DNA of 64,000 nucleotides. It comes from an uncultured Gemmatimonadota bacterium. Its GTDB lineage: Bacteria > JAAXHH01. Shown here in pieces: positions 48,035 to 56,032 of this stretch. The notes under the pieces were generated by a model, which saw nothing but the letters and a program-made list of their open reading frames with translations, made no database searches and was not told where the DNA came from. The stretch's first letter is position 1; the number at the start of each line of letters is the position of its first letter. The stretch lies in the NCBI GenBank assembly GCA_951812955.1, contig OX638340.1, forward strand, positions 1,536,001-1,600,000, in the 5' to 3' direction. A program made the position numbers and the translations under genes.

Positions 48035-48673
48035 ATGGGTCAAACAGTCGACATAGGCAGGCGCATCGAACTGGTTCCGCTGGATCCCCATTTCGGGGAC
48101 ATATCCATCGGTCTTTACCGCCAGCACGACGATACCGGGCCGGTCTACCAGGTATACACCTACAGCCGGCGGGAAGGCGTCGAGGACCGTATCGCCTTTG
48201 TGGTAAAGGCCATGGGAGTACTGGGCGGGATGGAACAGGCCAGCGGCGGACGCCTTCGGTTCCCCTGCGGCCATGAACATCACATGGGGGTAAAGCGGGT
48301 GTTTCTCGAAGCCTGCAAGCTGGACCCTGCCGGCCCCGCGGAACCGCGGCCCCTGGAGATCCTCGACAAGAAATCGGGCCTTCAAATCCAGGTCCTGAGC
48401 GAGGGAGACGGCGTGTATCGCGTCACGGCCCATGGGGAAGGCAAGGACCGCGAGCGTCGCATTTCCTTCATCGCCGGTGGTCTGATGAAGCTGGCCGAGA
48501 TAGACGAGGTAAGCGGCACGCTGGACCAGGTGGTTTTTCCCTGCGCCCGTGTCCACGACGCGATGATCGGGCAATTGCTGGTCCGCGCGCCGAACGTCCG
48601 GGCCGTCCTGCGCGAGCAAGAGGCCGTGCTGAGTAGGGGCGTCCTGGCGGCGCCCAGCCAGCAGGATGGTTAG
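48035..48673 (+). CDS. Hypothetical protein (212 aa) inside the corrinoid methyltransferase cluster
   Basis: ORF with plausible coding composition. PCGHEHHMG His-rich motif. No family assigned. Confidence 0.45.
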   Translation: MGQTVDIGRRIELVPLDPHFGDISIGLYRQHDDTGPVYQVYTYSRREGVEDRIAFVVKAMGVLGGMEQASGGRLRFPCGHEHHMGVKRVFLEACKLDPAGPAEPRPLEILDKKSGLQIQVLSEGDGVYRVTAHGEGKDRERRISFIAGGLMKLAEIDEVSGTLDQVVFPCARVHDAMIGQLLVRAPNVRAVLREQEAVLSRGVLAAPSQQDG

Positions 48674-48751
48674 TAGTAACCATAGAGCCCGAATGATGAC
48701 TACGCGATCACGCGATCGTCGAAAGCTCGATCGATCGATAAGGAGGCAGTC

Positions 48752-49795
48752 ATGAGCGACGACCTCATCAGGGAGATGAAGGGCCGGGATCGGGTGCTGG
48801 CCGCCCTCAGGCGGGAGCCCGTGGATCGCACGCCCGTATGCAATCCGACGTCTGTCGCCACGGTGGAGCTGATGGACCTGGTCGACGCCCCCTTTCCGGA
48901 TGCCAACCGGGACCCGGAACTGATGGCCCGGCTGGCGGCCACCGGGTACACCGAGCTGGGTTTCGACAGCATCATGCCGGTCTTCACCATTATCCAGGAA
49001 TCCTCCGCGCTGGGCTGCAAGATCCAGTGGGAGCAAAAGGACAACTGGCCCACGGTTAAGATGCGCGAGCCTATCTGGGAAGACGTGGACGACATCAACG
49101 TCCCGTCCGATTTCCTTACGCACCAGGACACGAAATGCGTCCTCGACGCCATCAGCCTGCTCAAAAAGGAATACGGCGACGAGGTGGCCATCATCGGCAA
49201 GACCATGGGGCCGTGGTCGCTGGGTTACCACTGCTTCGGCGTGGAGCCCTTCCTGCTCATGTCCCTGGATGACCCCGGGAAGACCCACCTCGCCCTCGAC
49301 CGTATGAAGGAGGCCACAGTGGAGTTCGGCATCGCGCAGATCGAGGCCGGGGCGGACGCCCTGACCCTGCCGGACCACGCCACGGGCGACCTGGTGAGCG
49401 GCGAGTATTACCGGCGGTTCCTGAGGGACCTGCACATCGAACTCGTCGAACGGATCCCCATCCCGCTGATCATGCACATCTGCGGAAGGACCGTGGACCG
49501 CATGGGCTACATCGCGGAGACCGGCTTCGCAGCCTTTCACTACGATTCGAAAAACAAGCCCCAGGAATCCATGGAGGCCGTGGACGGCCAGATATCCCTC
49601 GTGGGCAACATCAACAACCCCGAGACGCTCTTCGCACGGGGTCCCGAAGAGGTGACCGGGGAAGTTTGCAGAAACCTGGAGCACGGGATTCACATGGTGG
49701 GACCGGAATGCGCGGTACCCCTCCAGGCGTCCATCGAGAACCTGAAGGCGATCCCCCAGGCCGTGAAAGACTGGCACCGCACACACGCGGCTTGA
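48752..49795 (+). CDS. Uroporphyrinogen-decarboxylase (URO-D) family methyltransferase, MtaA/MtbA/CmuA-like (corrinoid-dependent methyl transfer)
   Basis: URO-D/MtaA fold. HxC zinc motif (PLIMHICGRT) plus a downstream Cys (GPECAVP). Confidence 0.8.
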   Translation: MSDDLIREMKGRDRVLAALRREPVDRTPVCNPTSVATVELMDLVDAPFPDANRDPELMARLAATGYTELGFDSIMPVFTIIQESSALGCKIQWEQKDNWPTVKMREPIWEDVDDINVPSDFLTHQDTKCVLDAISLLKKEYGDEVAIIGKTMGPWSLGYHCFGVEPFLLMSLDDPGKTHLALDRMKEATVEFGIAQIEAGADALTLPDHATGDLVSGEYYRRFLRDLHIELVERIPIPLIMHICGRTVDRMGYIAETGFAAFHYDSKNKPQESMEAVDGQISLVGNINNPETLFARGPEEVTGEVCRNLEHGIHMVGPECAVPLQASIENLKAIPQAVKDWHRTHAA

Positions 49796-49935
49796 GGCGC
49801 AAAGGAGTCAGCTGTACGCGAGGCGCAAAGGCCACGCATTGAAAACGGGATCAGCCGCAGCGGCCGGTGCGGTCCGACTCACCGCGCGGCAGGCGGCAAA
49901 ATCGGCATGAACCAGGGAGGACCGGGAAGAAGCGC

Positions 49936-50700
49936 ATGGCAGAACTCAACGATATAGCCAACGACTTTCTTAAAGACGAAATAGAAGAGTTCATCGAAAG
50001 ACCCAACGAGCGGACGCGGATCATCGATGCCTTCGCCCGGGCGACGCCGGCCATGCAGGAGATCTCCGCGGCGCTCATCGACGGGGACAACGGCACGGTC
50101 GACACGCTTACCCGGGCGGCGCTGGACGATGGTATCGAGGCCCTGGAGGTGATGGACGACGGCCTGATCAACGGCATGAGCATCGTGGGCATCAAGTTCC
50201 GGGAGAACTTCATCTTCGTCCCGGAGGTCCTGGCCTGTGCCCGCGCCATGAAGGCCGGCATGGCCCACATCGAACCCATTCTCTCCGCCTCGGGCATCCA
50301 GCCGGTCGGCAAGGTCATCATGGGCACGGTCAAGGGCGACCTTCACGACATCGGTAAAAACCTGTGCATCATGATGCTGCGCGGCGCCGGGTTCGTGGTC
50401 CATGACCTCGGTGTAGACACCTCCGAGGACGAGTTCATGGACGCCGTGGAGGAACACGAAGCCCCCCTGGTGGGCATGTCGGCCCTGCTCACCACGACCA
50501 TGCCCAACATGGGCAAGACCATCGACGCTTTCATCGATAACGACATGCGTGAAGACGTAAAGATCATGGTGGGCGGCGCGTCGGTCACCCAGGAGTTCGC
50601 CGATGACATGGGCGCCGACGGCACCGCCGAAGACGCGGTTGGATGCGTGGAACTGGCCAACCGCCTCCTCGTGGAACTCAAGCAGGAACAGGAAGCCTGA
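49936..50700 (+). CDS. Cobalamin-binding corrinoid protein (MtaC/MtbC/MttC-like; B12-binding-2 cap plus a Rossmann B12-binding domain)
   Basis: DxHxxG (GDLHDIGKN), SxL (MSALL) and GG (MVGGAS) cobalamin-binding motifs. Start placed at the internal ATG giving MAELNDIANDFLKDE. Confidence 0.85.
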   Translation: MAELNDIANDFLKDEIEEFIERPNERTRIIDAFARATPAMQEISAALIDGDNGTVDTLTRAALDDGIEALEVMDDGLINGMSIVGIKFRENFIFVPEVLACARAMKAGMAHIEPILSASGIQPVGKVIMGTVKGDLHDIGKNLCIMMLRGAGFVVHDLGVDTSEDEFMDAVEEHEAPLVGMSALLTTTMPNMGKTIDAFIDNDMREDVKIMVGGASVTQEFADDMGADGTAEDAVGCVELANRLLVELKQEQEA

Positions 50701-50845
50701 GTAAGTTAATCGCACCTCACGGCCTGGCGGACCGGCGGTCCGATCCCGTTTCGGCGCGGGTGGTTAAGTGGCACGGCCGGGAAAGCAGCCGGGCTGGCAG
50801 ATTGGCGCGGCTGGCCGCAGCAGGATCCCTTCCCTACATTAATCC

Positions 50846-52873
50846 ATGAAAAAGATCGACAAGGCGGCGTACCAGAAGCGCCTGGACCGCATCACGGCCA
50901 TCTTCAAGGACATGATGGCTCACGCGACAGAACAGGCCACCTACCGCTGCCCATACAAAAACCGTTTTGACGAATGTACCGCCCGGTTCGGGTGCCGTAA
51001 CCAGCGCAAACCGAGGGAAGCCGGCGGCCTGCTCATGTGCGGAGGGGACGACAAACTCGACTACCGCGGCGCATGGGAGACGGAGGAAGCCCCGCACGAA
51101 AGACCGGAGCAGGTACATACGACGGATCAAAAACCGGACGCACGCCCGTCTGCGGTGCGAGAAGATGTTGTGGCTACGAGCATGGATGAAGCAGATCGTA
51201 CAGGACGGGCCGCGCCGAATGTGACCATGGATACGTCCTCAGATCCACCCGGCGGCACGGTAACCGACGGCACGACGACCCGGCCCGCGGTCATCGGCAA
51301 ATCCATCTTCGATTACGCCGACGACCTCGCCGTCCAGGTGCCCACCTCCTGTTTCCGCAACGGCATATGTCACGAGTGCATCGTGGAAATCAAACAAGGG
51401 ATGGAAGGGCTCGTGCCCAGGTCCAAGCCGGAATCCTTCCTGCGCGAGAACTACCGGCTCGCCTGCCAGGCGCGCGTGATCGACCCCAATGTGGACATCG
51501 CCTTCGCTCCGCTCCGCCGAACGCCCAAGATCCTGACCGTTACCGAAGAAAAGGAAACGCCGCTCGATCCCCTGGTCACCCGGCGGGGCGATGACATCTT
51601 CTACGACGGCGAGCAGGTCGACCTGTTCCGCGGACACGTGTACGGGCTCGCGATCGACCTGGGCACGACCACGGTGGTCATGGATTTCGTGGACCTGGAG
51701 ACCGGCCGGAGCGTCCACGTCTGTTCCTTCGAGAACCCCCAGCGCTTCGGCGGCAGCGACGTGATGCACCGCATCTCATACGACGGCGGGTTCGAGGACG
51801 AACTCTGGAACGCCATCATCAACGCCGTCAACCACGAGATCATGGACTGGTGCGAGCGGACGGAAACCGCGCGGCAGGAGATCTACGAGATCGTCGTGGC
51901 GGGCAACTCCACCATGCGCGACCTCTTCTTCCGCCTCGACGTACAGAGCATCGGCCAGAAACCCTACAAGTCGCAGATCGAAAACGAATACCTCGCGGGC
52001 GAACGAGATACCACGGCGCTGACCATCGGCACCCGGCGGCTCGGCCTGCGGGCCAATCCAAAGGCCCGTGTCTACGGCCTGCCCATTATCGCCAGCCACG
52101 TGGGCGGCGACGTGACGGCCGACCTGGCCACCGTCGACCTGGCTGCGCGGCCGGGCGTATCCATGCTGGTGGACGTGGGCACCAATACCGAGGTGGTCGT
52201 GGCAGGCAACGGACGCATGGTCACGGCTTCGTGCCCCGCCGGTCCCGCCTTCGAGGGCGGCGGAATCAAGTACGGCATGCCAGGCTACGAAGGCGCCATT
52301 GAAACATTGAAGTGGGAAGACGGGCGGTTCGACTGGCGCACCATCGGAGACTCCGCGCCCCAGGGCATCTGCGGCTCCGGGCTGATCGATCTCCTCGCCG
52401 AACTGCGCCGCCACGGCATGATGAGCCCGAAGGGGGTGTTCCCCGACCGGAAACAATTCGAGGTGCCCGTCGTAGCCGAATCCGGCATCACCCTGTCCCG
52501 GCAGGACGCCAGCAACCTGGCCCAGGCCAAGGCAGCCAACTACTGCGGCCAATACATCGTCCTCCGCGCCTTCGGCGTCGCGCCGGGCGACGTGGACCGG
52601 CTCTTCCTTGCGGGCGGTTTCGCCAACTACGTGGACGTGCGAAACGCCATCGACATCGGGTTCCTGGCCCCCGTGCCCGAAGACCGCATCTTCAAGGTCG
52701 GCAACGCCGCCGTCCAGGGTGCCCGGGAGATCCTCCTCTCCCGTTCGCGCCGCAAGGAAATGGAAACGCAGGTCAAGGACATCGAGCACATCGAGCTCGA
52801 GACTACCCCCGACTTTTTCGAGATCTTCGTCGAAGCCTGCCAGTTCAAGCCTATGCCGGGCGTGCTGGTGTAG
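50846..52873 (+). CDS. RACo/RamA-like ATP-dependent reductive activator of corrinoid enzymes ([2Fe-2S] ferredoxin domain plus ASKHA ATPase, DUF4445), with an extra Cys-rich N-terminal extension
   Basis: Plant-type ferredoxin cysteines SCFRNGICHECIVE...LACQARV. ASKHA phosphate-1 motif GLAIDLGTTTVV. A C-terminal DUF4445-like region. N-terminal about 70 aa with 5 Cys (CPYKNRFDECTARFGC...CGG). Confidence 0.75.
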   Translation: MKKIDKAAYQKRLDRITAIFKDMMAHATEQATYRCPYKNRFDECTARFGCRNQRKPREAGGLLMCGGDDKLDYRGAWETEEAPHERPEQVHTTDQKPDARPSAVREDVVATSMDEADRTGRAAPNVTMDTSSDPPGGTVTDGTTTRPAVIGKSIFDYADDLAVQVPTSCFRNGICHECIVEIKQGMEGLVPRSKPESFLRENYRLACQARVIDPNVDIAFAPLRRTPKILTVTEEKETPLDPLVTRRGDDIFYDGEQVDLFRGHVYGLAIDLGTTTVVMDFVDLETGRSVHVCSFENPQRFGGSDVMHRISYDGGFEDELWNAIINAVNHEIMDWCERTETARQEIYEIVVAGNSTMRDLFFRLDVQSIGQKPYKSQIENEYLAGERDTTALTIGTRRLGLRANPKARVYGLPIIASHVGGDVTADLATVDLAARPGVSMLVDVGTNTEVVVAGNGRMVTASCPAGPAFEGGGIKYGMPGYEGAIETLKWEDGRFDWRTIGDSAPQGICGSGLIDLLAELRRHGMMSPKGVFPDRKQFEVPVVAESGITLSRQDASNLAQAKAANYCGQYIVLRAFGVAPGDVDRLFLAGGFANYVDVRNAIDIGFLAPVPEDRIFKVGNAAVQGAREILLSRSRRKEMETQVKDIEHIELETTPDFFEIFVEACQFKPMPGVLV

Positions 52874-53122
52874 GGTGGATTGTCGACCTCGGGTATTCTA
52901 TACTAGATCTGGGATGGGAATTCAACTATTGCTATAGATCGGGTTAAAGTACTCACTGATGCATGTTCAGCCTGAGGCCTCCACAAAGAAATCATCGGTT
53001 CGAAAGGTCTGCATTTTGAGTTCCTGAATGTATTGTGATGTCTTTTATGTTGCGTGTTTTCAATATGTACAGTATTCGTTAGAAATATAGATAGTGGTGC
53101 CAACATTTTCATCGAGATTGCT

Positions 53123-53347
53123 ATGCGTCGATTCAAGATCATTGTTGAAGAACATCAGGATGGTTACGTAGCGTATCCATTAGGGCTCTCCGGAATAGTT
53201 GTTGGCCAGGGTGATACGTACGACAACGCGGTAGCGGATGTCAAATCTGCTATAGAATTCCATATCGAGAGCTTTGGAACAACGGTATTTGAGGAAGAAT
53301 CTGACGTTCTTCGCGCTTTCGTCACTGATGCGGAGTTCGTAGACTGA
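53123..53347 (+). CDS. HicB-like (UPF0150) type II antitoxin
   Basis: MRRFKIIVEEHQDGYVAYPLGLSGIVVGQGDTYDNAVADVKSAIEFHIE matches the HicB/UPF0150 fold pattern. Internal ATG 53123 chosen. Confidence 0.55.
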   Translation: MRRFKIIVEEHQDGYVAYPLGLSGIVVGQGDTYDNAVADVKSAIEFHIESFGTTVFEEESDVLRAFVTDAEFVD

Positions 53348-53541
53348 TGGCAGGTTTTCCTGTCGACGCACCTCGTCAACGAGTTAAACGTACTCTGAGC
53401 AAACTGGGATTCAAGGTCGTCCGTGAAGGCAATCATATAAACAGTTCTTGTTTCCGCTCTATGCGGAATTACTGTAGTCCATGGCTTTGTTGCCAGCAAC
53501 TCGCTGAGATTCCCCCCTATCGGATATTCCAAAAACACTGA
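53347..53541 (+). CDS. HicA-like toxin gene, possibly degenerate (N-terminal HicA motif followed by a non-matching C-terminus)
   Basis: RQRVKRTLSKLGFKVVREGNHI resembles the HicA mRNA-interferase N-terminus. The rest (NSSCFRSMRNYCSPWLCCQQ) does not resemble HicA. Start overlaps the HicB-like stop. Confidence 0.35.
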   Translation: MAGFPVDAPRQRVKRTLSKLGFKVVREGNHINSSCFRSMRNYCSPWLCCQQLAEIPPYRIFQKH

Positions 53542-53550
53542 ACCCGCAAA

Positions 53551-54495
53551 ATGTTCCACCTCCGTCCCGCCCGTCCCTCGTCCGATGAATCGGGCATCGC
53601 TTCCGTCGTCAACGCCTTCGAACAGAATCCGGTTTCAGTAGATACCGTACGCGAGTGGCTGACCCATGGTGCGCCGGGCAGAATCAGCTATCGCCAGGTG
53701 GCTGTGACCCGTGACGACGTCGTTGCAGGTTACGCGGTGTCGGTGCATGAAACCTGGAATCCGGAAGGGCAGTTCTATGCCTGGGTGGGCGTGGCGCCTG
53801 CGTGGCGGGGACGAGGTATCGGCTCAGCGCTGTACATAGACTTGATGCAATTTCTGGAGCAACACGACGCCGGTACGATTACGAGCGAGGTCCGGGACGA
53901 CTGCGCCATCTCGCTGGCATTCGCCGAGCGACACGGATTCGAAAAAGACCGGCATCTGTTTCAGTCGAGCCTGGACCTCGAAGCCTTCGACGAATCACCC
54001 TATCTGGGCACGCTTGGCGGAGTCGCCGAGGCGGGTATACGTGTGCGCTCAATTGCGGATTTCGGCGACACGCCGGACGCTCGCAGGAAACTCTACGAAG
54101 TCAACGCGATAACCGACCAGGACGTGCCTGGCTGGATCGGACCCGGGCTTTCCTTTGAGGAATTCAACGAGTGGGTGTACGTTTCGGAATGGTACCGGCC
54201 GGATGGCCAGTTGCTTGCGGCCGATGGGGATCGCTGGGTCGGGATCTGTGCGGTGCGGCTATACCCCGATGCGTGCCTGGCCTTCAACGTGCACACCGGG
54301 GTGATCCGGGCGTATCGAAAGCGTCATGTCGCGGTGGCGCTGAAACTGGCCGCGATTCGCTATGCCAGGAATCAAGGCGCGCGATCACTCAGTACGCACA
54401 ACGATTCGATGAACGGCCCCATGCTGGCGCTCAACCGGAAATTAGGTTATGTCCCGGAGCCGGGACGGTATACGCTGCGTGGGACGATGACCTGA
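53551..54495 (+). CDS. GNAT-family N-acetyltransferase with tandem GNAT domains
   Basis: Acetyl-CoA-binding motif WRGRGIGSALY in domain 1 and a second GNAT-like half (RKRHVAVALKLAAIRYARNQGARSL). Confidence 0.7.
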   Translation: MFHLRPARPSSDESGIASVVNAFEQNPVSVDTVREWLTHGAPGRISYRQVAVTRDDVVAGYAVSVHETWNPEGQFYAWVGVAPAWRGRGIGSALYIDLMQFLEQHDAGTITSEVRDDCAISLAFAERHGFEKDRHLFQSSLDLEAFDESPYLGTLGGVAEAGIRVRSIADFGDTPDARRKLYEVNAITDQDVPGWIGPGLSFEEFNEWVYVSEWYRPDGQLLAADGDRWVGICAVRLYPDACLAFNVHTGVIRAYRKRHVAVALKLAAIRYARNQGARSLSTHNDSMNGPMLALNRKLGYVPEPGRYTLRGTMT

Positions 54496-54575
54496 AGCCC
54501 TCCGGTACATCTCAGTCATTCAATTCGAGAATGAAGTCCTTTCCAGGCTCACGACACGCAGAACGCGGACGCCCC

Positions 54576-54977
54576 TTACCCTCCCATCATCGCAATACGC
54601 CGTGCCATCCACTCTACGTAGGCCGTACGTGTCATTCCCCGCCTGTCTGCCTCGCTATCTATAAACACCGCCACGCCTTCGTCAATCGCCATATGTATGC
54701 GCACGCTACGCCCGGACTGACGGATTAACGGCACTGTCGTCAGGGCCTCTCCCGGCTCTGTACTAACCTGCTCCAGTTTACTTGGTTGGATTACCCTGTC
54801 CCCATCAGTTTCCGTTTCAATTACGTAATCTCGTAGTGCTTCTTCAGCGTTCAGCAATGCCTCGTCGATGGTGTCGCCCATAGCGGCGATTCCTGGAAGA
54901 TCCGGGAAGGATACGCCATAGGCACCCATTTCACCATCTATCAATGCCGGATATCGGATAGCATTAAATACCTGCAT
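54576..54977 (-). CDS. hicB: HicB-family antitoxin with a C-terminal ribbon-helix-helix-like DNA-binding tail
   Basis: YPALIDGEMGAYGVSFPDLPGIAAMGDTIDEAL HicB N-domain. C-terminal RGMTRTAYVEWMARR. Confidence 0.75.
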   Translation of the reverse strand: MQVFNAIRYPALIDGEMGAYGVSFPDLPGIAAMGDTIDEALLNAEEALRDYVIETETDGDRVIQPSKLEQVSTEPGEALTTVPLIRQSGRSVRIHMAIDEGVAVFIDSEADRRGMTRTAYVEWMARRIAMMGG

Positions 54978-55001
54978 GTCTGAACCCTCCTACATCAAGG
55001 A

Positions 55002-55244
55002 CTAGATCTGCCAGTTTGCTTTCTTCGCAATGGTTCGTACGACACCTGGCGATATTCTCCTGTGTCTCGGCAGCGTAATTACACCTCGATTACATGGATG
55101 GCGGTAAACGTCATGCTTGGCCCCATGCCGGAACAGGTACCAACCTTCCTTTTTAATCGTCGCTCGATTTTGGTCGTGTTGGATTCCATTAAGCCACGCA
55201 ATTTTGTGCAAATATATGCACATAATGAGTTTCTTGTCAATCAT
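55002..55244 (-). CDS. hicA: HicA-family mRNA-interferase toxin
   Basis: KKEGWYLFRHGAKHDVYRHPCNRGVITLPRHRRISPGVVRTIAKKA matches the HicA pattern (GW...G.H....HP......P.H). Directly upstream of hicB. Confidence 0.75.
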   Translation of the reverse strand: MIDKKLIMCIYLHKIAWLNGIQHDQNRATIKKEGWYLFRHGAKHDVYRHPCNRGVITLPRHRRISPGVVRTIAKKANWQI

Positions 55245-55366
55245 TTCTTATTCAGTCGAGTTTCTTGTTAAAACCTCGACTAATGGAGTAATGACACCGT
55301 GGTGGACACAGCCAGTGCGAGATGTACATACGCGGAGTATCTACATTGTAGACACAGGAGGCTCGA

Positions 55367-55606
55367 ATGAAATCCCGTGTGAAGAAATGGGGCAACAGCC
55401 TGGCACTTCGCATCCCGAAACCTGTCACGGTCCAGATGGGCGTCAAGGACGATTCACCCGTTGTACTCGTGCTCCGGGGCAAGGAATTGACCCTTGTACC
55501 GTTGGAACGAACTCATCTGAAACTCCCCGAGTTGCTTTCGGGCATCTCGAGACATAACCTGCACGGAAGAACTAGCATCGGAAGCCCCGGTGCCGGTGAA
55601 GCATAA
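55367..55606 (+). CDS. mazE: MazE/PemI-family antitoxin (AbrB/SpoVT-type swapped hairpin)
   Basis: KKWGNSLALRIPK signature. Stop overlaps the mazF start. Confidence 0.75.
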   Translation: MKSRVKKWGNSLALRIPKPVTVQMGVKDDSPVVLVLRGKELTLVPLERTHLKLPELLSGISRHNLHGRTSIGSPGAGEA

Positions 55607-55962
55607 TGGGTACAACGACCTACGTACCCGTTCGGGGCGAGGTGGTGTGGGTCTACTCCCGAGCGCGGGAGGGATCATACCTGCCTTCGAGGCGTCCCGC
55701 CGTTACCATATCTCCCGAACCCTACAATCGTCGGACCGGCCTGGCTCTTTTCTGCCCGGTCACTGGCGAAGAGAAGGGATATCCCTTCGAAGTCAAGATT
55801 CCACCCGGACTGCCGGTGCCCGGGGTTATCCTGTCCGATCAGTTGGAAAGCGTGGACTGGCGATCCGGTGCGATGGAACGGATCTGTGCGCTGCCCTCGG
55901 AGACGATGGATGAAGTCCTCCGAAAATCCGCGGCGCTGCTCGATGGGGAAGACCGGCCTTGA
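55606..55962 (+). CDS. mazF: MazF/PemK-family endoribonuclease toxin
   Basis: VPVRGEVVWVYS...RPAVTISPEPYNRRTGLALFCPVTGEEKGYPFEV...SDQLESVDWRS fits the PemK/MazF consensus. Confidence 0.8.
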   Translation: MGTTTYVPVRGEVVWVYSRAREGSYLPSRRPAVTISPEPYNRRTGLALFCPVTGEEKGYPFEVKIPPGLPVPGVILSDQLESVDWRSGAMERICALPSETMDEVLRKSAALLDGEDRP

Positions 55963-56032
55963 CGGGAAACAGCAATAGTGTCATTACTTCAGATGAGAGC
56001 ATTCGAGAACTGCATGGCACCGGGGAACAACC

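Noticed and set aside
47783-49786. 667-aa minus-strand ORF spanning the corrinoid cluster, and the similar 355-aa ORF at 46642..47709
   Set aside because: Antisense to well-supported plus-strand genes (URO-D-like, Hcy-MT). Composition typical of an antisense high-GC frame.
52975-53005. tRNA-like GGTTCGAAA T-loop motif
   Set aside because: No acceptor stem, D-arm or anticodon arm can be folded around it. Most likely chance.
53551-54495. Tandem-GNAT as a GNAT-type TA toxin (TacT/AtaT-like)
   Set aside because: It is twice the size of known GNAT toxins, has a two-domain architecture, and lacks a cognate same-strand RHH antitoxin. More likely a conventional two-domain acetyltransferase that happens to sit in the TA islet.
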